From NCBI GenBank assembly GCA_024655865.1, contig JANLFM010000009.1:2000-65999 (forward strand): 64,000 bases of DNA. Direction: 5' to 3'. The stretch comes from Caldisericota bacterium (GTDB lineage Bacteria; Caldisericota; JANLFM01). Positions 9,271-18,441 of this stretch are shown here, in pieces. The position numbers were made by a program, and so were the translations under genes. Each line of letters opens with the position of its first letter. Within the stretch, counting starts at the first letter, position 1. The notes under the pieces are model-generated. The model was given only the letters and a program-made list of their open reading frames with translations, was not told where the DNA came from and searched no databases.

Positions 9271-10142
9271 GCTTTGAAGTCCCACGCAGGGGCTCAACAC
9301 TTAAGGAAATCTGGATTCAGTTCAAGCAGGCTAGCCGCCTGGGCTGGCTGATTGAGAGCAACTGGGCTGATCCTTTCGTCTTTGCGGTTTACTCTTTGAT
9401 TCGCCCCCTTTCCACAGCCCTGATTCTGGTCTTTATGTACCTCGTGGTGGTCAGGGGTTCAACCAGCAACCCCTTTTTTGTCCACCTTTACATCGGGAAC
9501 GCCTTTTTCATGTACGCTGGAAGAGTAATGATGGGAATTTCCTACGCTATCATTGACGACCGGGAGCATTACGAGATGTTGAAGTACATTTACATTTCCC
9601 CTTTGAAGATCTTCGTCTTCCTTCTGGGTCGGGGAGTTGCCCAGGTAATTACTACCACGGTTTCCGTTCTCGTAATTTTACTATTAGGTCTCTGGCCCCT
9701 GGGCATCCGCATTCCCTGGAGTTCCCTGAATTGGCCGCTTTTCTTTATATCCTTCCCGTTAGGGATTATCGCCATTGCTTTTATGGGATACCTAATTGCT
9801 GGCCTCGCCCTGGTTATAGCTCGACACTCCTGGGCCATCGCGGACGGGGTGGGGGCGGTACTTTACGTGGTAAGCGGAGCTATTTTTCCCATAGATATTC
9901 TCCCTTCCTGGGTACAGGTTATTTCCAGGGCAATTCCTTTGACCTACTGGCTGGAGCTTCTGCGCCGCTCGCTTCTGGGCTCGTCCTTTTCTCCCTCTTT
10001 TAACACCATGCCGGATTGGGAACTCTTCCTCTGGCTTGTGGGTTTGACCGTGTTCTTTGGTTTTCTGGGCTATTTTGTTTTCCAGAGGATGAACATAGTG
10101 GCCCGAAGAAAAGGGCTCATTGACCAGACCTCGGGGTATTAA
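9261..10142 (+). CDS. ABC-2 type exporter permease (second)
   Basis: About six TM segments, SGAIFPIDILPSW..IPLTY motif; overlaps the preceding permease. Confidence 0.88.
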   Translation: MAVSFEVPRRGSTLKEIWIQFKQASRLGWLIESNWADPFVFAVYSLIRPLSTALILVFMYLVVVRGSTSNPFFVHLYIGNAFFMYAGRVMMGISYAIIDDREHYEMLKYIYISPLKIFVFLLGRGVAQVITTTVSVLVILLLGLWPLGIRIPWSSLNWPLFFISFPLGIIAIAFMGYLIAGLALVIARHSWAIADGVGAVLYVVSGAIFPIDILPSWVQVISRAIPLTYWLELLRRSLLGSSFSPSFNTMPDWELFLWLVGLTVFFGFLGYFVFQRMNIVARRKGLIDQTSGY

Positions 10143-10318
10143 GCACTGAATCTATCAATGGTGCTTGAGCGGGAAATCGGGTTCAATTAGCACCTTGGTT
10201 AGGTAAACGAGGAAGGCTATTATAGACGAACCAGTACTGCTAAAACGCCTATGATAAAATCGCTATGGTAAAGGCTAAGCCGCATTCAGCTTTAAAGCGC
10301 TGGAATAGTTCTTTGAAG

Positions 10319-10341
10319 CCCGCGGAAGAGCGGGGATTTTT
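10319..10341 (+). terminator. Possible weak intrinsic terminator
   Basis: CCCGC-GGAAGA-GCGGG stem followed by GATTTTT, between convergent genes. Confidence 0.3.
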
Positions 10342-10449
10342 GCATTAGGTACCAAGGATGCAATTGCAGGATTCAGATCACTACTTTCCCCGGACCAATA
10401 ATTGGGTCGAGTGTCTTTCATTGTGGAAAGGCAATAAGAAGAATAGAGG

Positions 10450-11964
10450 CTAATCTTTAAAAGGTAAGATTGGAACCCTAATTCCTCGTGAGAATAACCA
10501 AAAGCTCAAACCCGTAACGACAACGCCCAAGCTAACCATAATTTCAGCCAAGGGTGAACCCACCAAAAGTGGTCCTATTCCAGCGACTCCCATTCCTGTT
10601 AAAGTAAGAATACAAAATTGAGTTCGAAGTCGCTGCGTCAAAGTTGCGGTTGATGGATATGATTGCTTTAAAGCGAGTCGCGGTTTTTTGAGGAGTATTT
10701 CTGCATAAGCAATTAGGGAATAGCAAACCCCTGTTACAAAAGCTGCTAAAAATAATGAATATGGATGTTTGACCAGAATTCCAACGCTGTATCCAATTCC
10801 TAAGCTGATCAGTCCCTCCCATTTTACTCCCGAAGACTCTTGCCATAATCGTTTGGAAAAAACGAAGTGGTCTAAAACGTAAAGCAAGCCAATTGCCGGA
10901 TATACAAAAGCTTGAATTTCTAAAAATAAGCCGAAATGATCTAAAATCCCAGCTGTTGCCAATGCGGTGCCTGAGACAACTGTAATGATGGCGAACCACC
11001 TTCTCGCAACCATAGAGGTAAGTCCTGTTAAATTGGCAAGAGCTAGACCAACAGAATAAATGTTTACTACTCGGGCAGGATTCCACTGCGCAATAATCAC
11101 TAAAATTAGCCCCCACGCAGGAAAACCTATTTTTAGAAAACCTTCAATTAGACCAACATCTGGCCCCATCGAGGCTACTAAAAAGGCTCCAAAAAGCGGT
11201 AATGCAATAGCGATCGGAACAATGCTTATTAATGGGAATAAAAATGAATCAGGCGTGATACGCCTGCAAAACCTAGCGTAGTCAGATAGGAGGACAAACT
11301 GACTCGCACAGCTTCCCAGAAGCCATAGTACACCCGTGGCAAGATCTGGTTTTGGGGCTTGAACCTGACGAATTTCCATAACACCACCGGGATTAAATAG
11401 AACCAGTATACATCCCCAGATGCATAAAATAATTAACGCGCAGGCTGATACGTAATTTGTCCAGGTTAAAAATTTTCTGCCAACGATATTAGGAAAAGCA
11501 AAAAGAAAACCTATACAGGCTGTAATGAAAAACAAAACTAAACCATTTCCAGTTAGTGTAGGGGCCAAAGCCTCAAGTAATTCCATGAGGGCACGAGAAG
11601 CTACTGCAATGTGAATTCCGTACCAACCCAGACCTTGGAGAATAAGAAGAACACTAATAAAAAAACGCGATCCTGTTAGACCAAAACTCGATCGTGCAAT
11701 TACTGATGCTGGCAGTCCTAAATCGGCACCCACTGCTGCATTCATCCAGTCGAATACTAGAATAATTAGAGCAGTAAGCCCAATAATGACGATTGATTGT
11801 AAAAAAGAAAATAGCTGAGCAATCATTACGCCAACCATAATCAAAGGCACGCAAGCCATACAGCTCATATAAATTGGAACGAGCCTTACCCAGTGCAACC
11901 GACTGTGCACTGGAATTTGACTTAAAGTAAAGCCCTCTTCATGGACTAAACCTACCTTTTTCAT
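10450..11964 (-). CDS. NCS1 (cytosine/purine/hydantoin) family permease
   Basis: GLPASVIARSSFGLTGS, GWYGIH, SDYARF, NIYSVGLALANL; 12 TM plus extra C-terminal hydrophobic segments. Confidence 0.85.
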   Translation of the reverse strand: MKKVGLVHEEGFTLSQIPVHSRLHWVRLVPIYMSCMACVPLIMVGVMIAQLFSFLQSIVIIGLTALIILVFDWMNAAVGADLGLPASVIARSSFGLTGSRFFISVLLILQGLGWYGIHIAVASRALMELLEALAPTLTGNGLVLFFITACIGFLFAFPNIVGRKFLTWTNYVSACALIILCIWGCILVLFNPGGVMEIRQVQAPKPDLATGVLWLLGSCASQFVLLSDYARFCRRITPDSFLFPLISIVPIAIALPLFGAFLVASMGPDVGLIEGFLKIGFPAWGLILVIIAQWNPARVVNIYSVGLALANLTGLTSMVARRWFAIITVVSGTALATAGILDHFGLFLEIQAFVYPAIGLLYVLDHFVFSKRLWQESSGVKWEGLISLGIGYSVGILVKHPYSLFLAAFVTGVCYSLIAYAEILLKKPRLALKQSYPSTATLTQRLRTQFCILTLTGMGVAGIGPLLVGSPLAEIMVSLGVVVTGLSFWLFSRGIRVPILPFKD

Positions 11965-12127
11965 TAAACGAAATATAAACGAAATTCATTGAAACGGCCA
12001 TCCCCTTGGTAAATTGGTGTAGATATTTGACTGAGAACACAAGTGTAAAATTTTGAGAAAAAAGGTTGAAAATTGAACAATTTTCTATTATTATGAAAAA
12101 AAACAGAAAAAATGAGCCTGAGGGGAT

Positions 12128-12520
12128 ATGTCAGAAAAGGAAAAAGAGTTGTTATCAAATATTGAATTAGGAGAAAGGCTAAAGCAGCTACTTTCAGAGC
12201 GGCGGGTTTCAATTACAGAGCTTGCCGAAAAGGTGGGAATATCTCGCCCTACGCTATATCGTATTTTGGATGGAAAAAGCGATCTGAAATTAAAAGATGC
12301 AATCGCTATTGCCCGTTATCTAAATGTTCCTTTAGAGTCGTTATACGGACTCGAGGAAGAAGCTAACCCTATAGATTTGTCTAATTTAGCGGTTCACTAT
12401 GGCTTGTTTAAAAGCGAGGAAAGCAAATTAATTCAAAAAATTTATAAAAGCCTGGCCAGGAAAGAGTTAGCAAAAATTTTGCGCGAAGCCGCTGATATGC
12501 TGGATATTACCGAACCGTGA
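12128..12520 (+). CDS. XRE-family HTH transcriptional regulator
   Basis: LGERLKQLLSERRVSITELAEKVGISRPTLYRIL...IARYLNVPLESL. Confidence 0.92.
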   Translation: MSEKEKELLSNIELGERLKQLLSERRVSITELAEKVGISRPTLYRILDGKSDLKLKDAIAIARYLNVPLESLYGLEEEANPIDLSNLAVHYGLFKSEESKLIQKIYKSLARKELAKILREAADMLDITEP

Positions 12521-12557
12521 AATTTTGCAGTCGGTTTATCAACTTGAGGTGGGTTAA

Positions 12558-13022
12558 ATGAAAGGTCTGGGAGATTTGCTACAAGAGTTTTTCGCAAGGG
12601 GGGTAATTGTTGCTTTTAGGCCCATGCATTTTTGGGCTGGGCTTCTTTGCAATGTTAAGAACCATTGGTTTTGCTTTATTAATTCCAAAAACCCCTTAGA
12701 AAACCAGCGTTGGACTTTAGCCCACGAGCTTGGCCATTTTGTTTTACATAAAGAAGAAGGAGGGCACCTTTTCACTGATGGTATTTTTTGCGGTACAGAA
12801 GAAGACGCCGAGTGGCAGGCTAATTGCTTTGCAGCTGAAATATTAATGCCCCCTGAAGCAATCGAAGCCATAATTCCTTATTATTTTACAGCACAGGATA
12901 AAGTAAATCATGTAGCAATGGAGTTTAAGGTGCCCGTAAAAATGGCCGCATGGTGGTTGTTTGAGCTGGGCCATATAAATAAGAAATGCTATAGCCACCT
13001 CCAAAAATCCGTTTCCAATTAG
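12558..13022 (+). CDS. ImmA/IrrE-family Zn metallopeptidase
   Basis: RWTLAHELGHFVLH (HExxH) and EWQANCFAAEILMP; GAGGT RBS upstream. Confidence 0.92.
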   Translation: MKGLGDLLQEFFARGVIVAFRPMHFWAGLLCNVKNHWFCFINSKNPLENQRWTLAHELGHFVLHKEEGGHLFTDGIFCGTEEDAEWQANCFAAEILMPPEAIEAIIPYYFTAQDKVNHVAMEFKVPVKMAAWWLFELGHINKKCYSHLQKSVSN

Positions 13023-13105
13023 AATCTTAAATTTCGTAATTTTAAACACTATATATTTTATCTTCTTAAAGTAGTAATAATAATTTAACACTTTTGTAAA
13101 AACTA

Positions 13106-13135
13106 TTGACAAAATTTTAACTATTTTTATACAAT
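13106..13135 (+). promoter_or_regulatory. Sigma70-type promoter of the island operon
   Basis: TTGACA (13106-13111), 18 nt spacer, TACAAT (13130-13135) in very AT-rich DNA; AAGGAGG RBS before 13224. Confidence 0.7.
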
Positions 13136-13223
13136 TGATTATGGGTGATGCTTATGTGAAAGCGCAAATATAGAAAGACTTATTAATTAAGCCACGAAAC
13201 AACAAGAAGGAGGCTTTTAAAAC

Positions 13224-14270
13224 ATGTCTGAATTTCTGTATGAATATGAGCTCGGGAAAGCTGCAAAAATTCTTTGTGAGGAATTGTTCAAGTTAAAACC
13301 GGGGGAAACTTTCATAATCACTGCTGACACGGAAAGTGACAGAAGAGTTGTGGAAGCTACAGCCAGAGCCGCTTTTGCTTGTGATGCTAAACCCATGGTT
13401 GTTTATACCGCATCTCCCTTAGGAGTGGGGAAAGCAGCCGACCCAATGCTTCCTGTGCAAGCCCTCACAGCTGCCCTTATAGAGACCGATGCATGGATTG
13501 AATATAATAATGAATGGCTTTTATATTCTACTCCTTATGATGTAGCCACGGCTAAGAACCCCAAGCTCCGATATCTAAACGCTTGTGGCATGAACGCGGA
13601 TATGATGGTTAGGTTGCTTGGCAGGGTGGATTTCTCTACATTAGAGAAATTCATGATTCGTCTGGTAGAACTCACCAAGAACGCTAAACATATGCGAGTT
13701 ACCACTCCGGCCGGGACTGATGTTGAATTTGATAATGATCCAGGACACCCAGTGAATTTAGAATGTGGCAGATACGATACTCCCGGTTCCCATATGCAAC
13801 CTGGACAAATTGCATGGGCTCCAGACTTAGAAACAATCAACGGTGTTATTGTATTCGATGGATCGATAGTGCCTCCCATTGTTGGCGTTTTACAGCAACC
13901 AGTTGCGCTTCATATCAAAAATGGCACAATTGTTAAAGTTGAGGGCGGTAAAGAAGCTGCGGAATACGAAAAATGGCTAAAAAGTTTTAATCACCCTCAA
14001 ATGCTTAAGCTTGCCCATATTTCCTATGGGGTTCATCCTAACGCGCGTTTGACCGGTGACATTGTGGAAGACGAGCGAATATGGGGAGCGACAGAATGGG
14101 GTATTGGTAACGTTGGACCAATACTGATCCCCGGTGGAATTTCAGGTCCTTCCCACTCCGATGGCATTTGCCTGAACAGTTCGGTTTGGCTTGATGGAGT
14201 CCAAATCTTAGATAAAGGTGTTTTCATCGAACCCGAACTGAAAGAGATGGCGAAGAAGTTAGGGAAGTAA
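13224..14270 (+). CDS. Peptidase M29-like / NicX-like metalloenzyme ('leucyl aminopeptidase' annotation class)
   Basis: RVTTPAGTD, INGVIVFDGS, VEGGKEA, AHISYGVHPNA, EDERIWG, SHSDG. Confidence 0.75.
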   Translation: MSEFLYEYELGKAAKILCEELFKLKPGETFIITADTESDRRVVEATARAAFACDAKPMVVYTASPLGVGKAADPMLPVQALTAALIETDAWIEYNNEWLLYSTPYDVATAKNPKLRYLNACGMNADMMVRLLGRVDFSTLEKFMIRLVELTKNAKHMRVTTPAGTDVEFDNDPGHPVNLECGRYDTPGSHMQPGQIAWAPDLETINGVIVFDGSIVPPIVGVLQQPVALHIKNGTIVKVEGGKEAAEYEKWLKSFNHPQMLKLAHISYGVHPNARLTGDIVEDERIWGATEWGIGNVGPILIPGGISGPSHSDGICLNSSVWLDGVQILDKGVFIEPELKEMAKKLGK

Positions 14271-14282
14271 TAAGGAGACGTC

Positions 14283-14993
14283 ATGAGGCGCATTAAAGTA
14301 ATTGTTCCTGTTGCAACCACGATATGGAATGAACCTAACCTTGCTGAGTTAAATAAGTACAAGGATGATTCCACTTCAATCGACCTTGTCAACATCGCGA
14401 AAGGCTCTGAATCCATCGAGAACGCATTTGATGAAGCCTGGTGTGCTTTGCCCACGCTCCAGGAGGTTATGAGAGCGGAACAGGAAGGCTACGATGGAGT
14501 GATCATCTATTGCTTTGGCGACCCAAGTCTAAAAGCAGCTAAAGAAGGATTAAAAATTCCAGTCGTTGGGATCGGTGAGGCAAGCGTTTACATAGCCTCT
14601 TTAATTGGAAGAAAATTTGGTATTATTACAGCAGGTCCTCCAGAAGCAGGCCCTTACATCCTTGACAACCTGAAAGTCTACGAGTTAGATCATAAGTGCG
14701 TTGGGGTATGCTCTATAGGGATTCCAGTCCTAAGTTTGGTTGACTCCCAGGAAGAGGAGCTAAAAGCTCTACTTAAATTTGGATCCGAAATGATTGAAAA
14801 AGGTGCGGATGTACTCGTCTTGGGCTGTGGGAGTATGTATGGGGTCGCGGAAAAAGCCTCTCAGGAATTGGGTGTGCCCATTGTAGTTCCTGCTGCTGCT
14901 GCAATAAAACTATGTGAAAGCCTAATCTCGATGGGCTTGGCTCAGAGCAAAAAAGCCTACCCATTCCCGCCTCAAAAAAAGCGTTTCAGTTGA
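14283..14993 (+). CDS. Asp/Glu/hydantoin racemase family protein
   Basis: YDGVIIYCFGDP, IPVVGIGEAS, VLVLGCGSM; both catalytic Cys present. Confidence 0.9.
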   Translation: MRRIKVIVPVATTIWNEPNLAELNKYKDDSTSIDLVNIAKGSESIENAFDEAWCALPTLQEVMRAEQEGYDGVIIYCFGDPSLKAAKEGLKIPVVGIGEASVYIASLIGRKFGIITAGPPEAGPYILDNLKVYELDHKCVGVCSIGIPVLSLVDSQEEELKALLKFGSEMIEKGADVLVLGCGSMYGVAEKASQELGVPIVVPAAAAIKLCESLISMGLAQSKKAYPFPPQKKRFS

Positions 14994-15034
14994 AGATCAA
15001 GAACGAAAATTGAAATATAAGGAGGAGTTTTAAA

Positions 15035-16744
15035 GTGATCAATTGGAAGAAACATTTCGTATTGGTACTCAGTTTAGCCCTCTCATTAGTGCTTATAACA
15101 TCCTGTACTGCGCCCAGTCCTACCCCTACATCTTCATTACCAACACCAACTAGCGCAGCATCTCCCACTTCTTCCACCACTGCGCCACCGAGAGAGAAGA
15201 TGGTGCGCGTTGCGCAAGGTTTCCCGGTATACATTGACCCAGGAGTAGCTATTGATAACGTATCGAATGTTTGCGTTGTAAATTTCTATGACCCCCTGTT
15301 GACTATCGATGAAAACGGTGATCCTCAACCAAAAGTGGCCGAAAGCTGGAAATTTGATCCCGATACACTTACTTATACTTTAAAGATAAGGAAGGGGATT
15401 AAGTTCCACAACGGAGATGAGCTAAAAGCCAGCGATGTTGTTTTTAGCTTAAAGCGATTGATTGATATGGGCGAGGGCTGGGGGTATTTGTTCCGTGGGG
15501 TAGTGAAAGAGGTTTCGGCCCCGGATGCAGAGACGGTAAAGATCGCTTTAGAGCGTCCAGTAGGGCCATTTTTGTTCTATCTTGAGCACGTGGCCGTGCT
15601 CAATGAGAAGCAGGTGATGGAGAACGCTCAAAAAGAAGGTCCCTATGGAGAGTTTGGCGATTACGGCAAGAGTTGGCTGCTCACGCATGATGCTGGTTCT
15701 GGGCCCTATATGGTTAAAGAGGTTAAGCTTGAGGAACATGTGATTGGCATTCGCAACCCAAATTATTGGCAGGAGATAGATAAGGATGCCCCTGATTCCT
15801 TCAAGATCATCGGCACTACAGAGCCGGTTACAGTACGCACCCTGATGGCTAAGAAGGAACTGGAGATCTCCGACGAATGGCAGCCTACAGAAAATTACGA
15901 TGCTATGAGCAAGCTGCCTGGCGTGAAAATAGCCAATTTAAGAACAGGGGCACCGTTAATGCTCATGTTTAACACATCAAAGCCGCCACTGGACGATGTG
16001 CACTTCCGTCGGGCTGTAATGTACGTATTTGATTATGCTGTGTGTCAGGAGCAAATCCTGCCTACTGCGGAGCGTGCGCGGGGACCGATAAGCCCTATTA
16101 TCCCAGGCAGTGACCCAACATTGCCTCTGTTGGAAAGAAATGTTGAGAAGGCAAAAGCCGAGTTGGCACAATCTAAGTATGCGGGGCAACTGGATCAATA
16201 CCCTATCGAGTTCTGGTGGAATTCTGTAGTTCCTGATCAAGAAAAGATCGCTTTGCTCCTACAAAGCAACTGCGCGGAAATCGGTATCAAGGTGAATGTT
16301 GTAAAAAGTAGCTGGACCCAGTTCATAGATGCAGCTGCGAAACCAGATACTACTCCACACATATTTCCCGTGATCCACTCCTCTATTACATATCCTGAAG
16401 CTGGGTCACTCTTGTACCAAATTTATCATTCTAATACCCGGGGTACGTTCTTTAATATGCACTGGTTCGATGATACCACCCAAGCCGAAATTGACTCGAT
16501 GCTCGAGGATGCTCTTGCCACTCTTGATAAAAATGAACGCTATGAGAAGTACAAAGCGATTATCAGGAAAATAATGGACCTGGCGCCGGATATCGTTGCC
16601 GTGGAGATGCCTCAGCGTCATGCTTACCAAGCAGAATACCTGATGTGGCCAACCGCGAAAGCGGCCGAGACAGGCGGAAAGATTTGCCTTTTGCCCGAAT
16701 TACGCATGCAATTCAAAGACATGAGGTTCATCGGTGGAGAATGA
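15035..16744 (+). CDS. Peptide ABC transporter substrate-binding lipoprotein (SBP family 5)
   Basis: Lipobox LITSC, P/T/S tether, AESWK..IRKGIKFHNGDELKASDVVFSL, GSGPY, PLDDVHFRRA. Confidence 0.93.
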   Translation: MINWKKHFVLVLSLALSLVLITSCTAPSPTPTSSLPTPTSAASPTSSTTAPPREKMVRVAQGFPVYIDPGVAIDNVSNVCVVNFYDPLLTIDENGDPQPKVAESWKFDPDTLTYTLKIRKGIKFHNGDELKASDVVFSLKRLIDMGEGWGYLFRGVVKEVSAPDAETVKIALERPVGPFLFYLEHVAVLNEKQVMENAQKEGPYGEFGDYGKSWLLTHDAGSGPYMVKEVKLEEHVIGIRNPNYWQEIDKDAPDSFKIIGTTEPVTVRTLMAKKELEISDEWQPTENYDAMSKLPGVKIANLRTGAPLMLMFNTSKPPLDDVHFRRAVMYVFDYAVCQEQILPTAERARGPISPIIPGSDPTLPLLERNVEKAKAELAQSKYAGQLDQYPIEFWWNSVVPDQEKIALLLQSNCAEIGIKVNVVKSSWTQFIDAAAKPDTTPHIFPVIHSSITYPEAGSLLYQIYHSNTRGTFFNMHWFDDTTQAEIDSMLEDALATLDKNERYEKYKAIIRKIMDLAPDIVAVEMPQRHAYQAEYLMWPTAKAAETGGKICLLPELRMQFKDMRFIGGE

Positions 16745-16770
16745 AAAGTTAAATCAGGAATAATTCTGCG

Positions 16771-16800
16771 AGGAGGAGGAGGCCGTCGCCCCCTCCTCCT
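16771..16800 (+). promoter_or_regulatory. Intra-operon stem-loop after the SBP gene
   Basis: AGGAGGAGG...CCTCCTCCT inverted repeat with no U-tract; probably an mRNA-stabilising or processing hairpin. Confidence 0.55.
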
Positions 16801-16827
16801 TAAATTAGAACGAAAGGGGTTTAATGT

Positions 16828-17916
16828 ATGATCCAAATTGAACGAATGGTTCGCAACTTGTGTGAAATGGTTCAGATTCCAAGTGAATCTGGTGAAGAAC
16901 AGGAGTTTATCAAGTACCTTGCCAGGAAGTTTGCTGATGATTTAGGCGCAAAATGCTATATCGATGACTACGGGAACCTTATTGCCAAGATTCCTGCTCG
17001 CTCATGTAGTAGCATGAGCCCTCTATTCTTCGCCATGCATGCAGATACTGTCAAACCCGGGAAGGGGATTCAACCTAAAGTGGTCAATGATTTTGTGTGC
17101 TCCAGTGGAGACACGATCTTAGGGGCAGACTGCAAGGCCGGAATTGCCGAGTTCATTGAGGCGGTTAAATCTGCTGATCGTTATCCTCCTTTAGAAGTTG
17201 TAATTACCAGAGAAGAGGAAATTGGTTTTGGGGGAGCTAAACATTTGGATTTTAACCAGATCACCGCCAAACAAGGTTTCCTATTAGACATGGATGCCCT
17301 TGATGCGATTGTTGTTGGTGGCCCTTCTCATATGCTCATCGATATCGAGATCACAGGCAAAGCCGCTCATGCCGGAATGGAACCAGAAAAGGGGATATCC
17401 GCAATAAAAGCGGCTGCTAACGCAATAGCTATTATCAAAGATGGGCGCATCGATGCGGAAACTACATCCAACATCGGCATCATTCAGGGCGGTCTAATCA
17501 GGAACGGAGTTCCGGAGAGAGTAACTATCAAGGCAGAAGCTCGTAGCTTAAACCACGAAAAGTGCCTCGCAGTGAGTCAGATCATAAAAGATGCTTTTGA
17601 AGTCTGCGCCAGAGCGATAGGAGCGAAGGCTGAGGTAGTCCTAAATCTTGCTTACAAGGCTACCCGCATTCCTGAGGACAGCCCAATGGTGAAAATCGCT
17701 CGTGAAGCTCTGGAAAGCGTGGGCATCCATCCGCGGACAATAGTAATTACCGGAGGATTAGAATCAGCAATTTACAACGAAAAAGGTATTCAAACTGTAC
17801 CACTGGGCAACGGGGTTAAAGACGAGCATTCCACGTCTGAAAGAGTAGCCATTTCTGATATGCAGACGGTGGTCCGGGTTTTGCATTATGTTTTCAATCA
17901 TTTTTGCAAAAGCTGA
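16828..17916 (+). CDS. M20 family peptidase T-like metallopeptidase
   Basis: HADTV, LGADCKAG, REEEIG, GKAAHAGMEPEKGISAI, EHSTSE. Confidence 0.9.
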   Translation: MIQIERMVRNLCEMVQIPSESGEEQEFIKYLARKFADDLGAKCYIDDYGNLIAKIPARSCSSMSPLFFAMHADTVKPGKGIQPKVVNDFVCSSGDTILGADCKAGIAEFIEAVKSADRYPPLEVVITREEEIGFGGAKHLDFNQITAKQGFLLDMDALDAIVVGGPSHMLIDIEITGKAAHAGMEPEKGISAIKAAANAIAIIKDGRIDAETTSNIGIIQGGLIRNGVPERVTIKAEARSLNHEKCLAVSQIIKDAFEVCARAIGAKAEVVLNLAYKATRIPEDSPMVKIAREALESVGIHPRTIVITGGLESAIYNEKGIQTVPLGNGVKDEHSTSERVAISDMQTVVRVLHYVFNHFCKS

Positions 17917-17925
17917 AATTTAAAA

Positions 17926-18441
17926 ATGGAAATCTTAAATGTCATTCAGGGTCGACGTAGCATAAGAAGATACCGGCCTGATCCCGTAAGTGTGGATCAA
18001 TTACAAGCCCTTGTTTCAGAAGCAGGGATCTGGGCACCTTCTGCTGGTAATACGCAAACATGGCGGTTTGCTGTAATTACAAACTCATTATTGCTGCATA
18101 AAATAAAATTGGTTAGCCCAGGGCTTTTAGGTTCCCCTCCCGCATTGATTGTAATTTGTCAAGATCTGGAAGAGGCCCAACTGAAAGGCGGATCATTAGG
18201 GCCCCAATTCTTAGCAATCGCAGATGCTGCTATGGCTGCGCAGAACATTATGCTCTACGCCCATGCTCTTGGTCTTGGAACCTGTGTAATTGCATCCTTT
18301 CACCGAGAAGCATTGCAAGCAATCCTTGGTTTACCCCGTTCAATTGCTCCAATTTTTATAGTATCGGTTGGTTATCCAGAGTGTACACCAAGAACCCCAA
18401 TTCGAAAGAAGGACGTGATTTGGTTCAATGAATACAAATAG
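17926..18441 (+). CDS. Nitroreductase-fold flavoprotein, cyclodipeptide oxidase subunit A (AlbA)-like
   Basis: RRSIRRY, APSAGNTQTW, GLGTC nitroreductase motifs; VSPGLLGSPPALIVIC resembles AlbA FSPGVLGTPAFFVVAC (recalled); overlaps a DUF6092 gene. Confidence 0.8.
   Translation: MEILNVIQGRRSIRRYRPDPVSVDQLQALVSEAGIWAPSAGNTQTWRFAVITNSLLLHKIKLVSPGLLGSPPALIVICQDLEEAQLKGGSLGPQFLAIADAAMAAQNIMLYAHALGLGTCVIASFHREALQAILGLPRSIAPIFIVSVGYPECTPRTPIRKKDVIWFNEYK

Noticed and set aside
10143-10449. Possible ncRNA or riboswitch in the 300-nt gap
   Set aside because: Only short hairpins, lying 3' of two convergent genes; no family motif recognised. An Rfam/Infernal scan would settle it.
12128-13022. XRE/ImmA as evidence of a prophage or ICE
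   Set aside because: No integrase, relaxase, replication or structural genes nearby.
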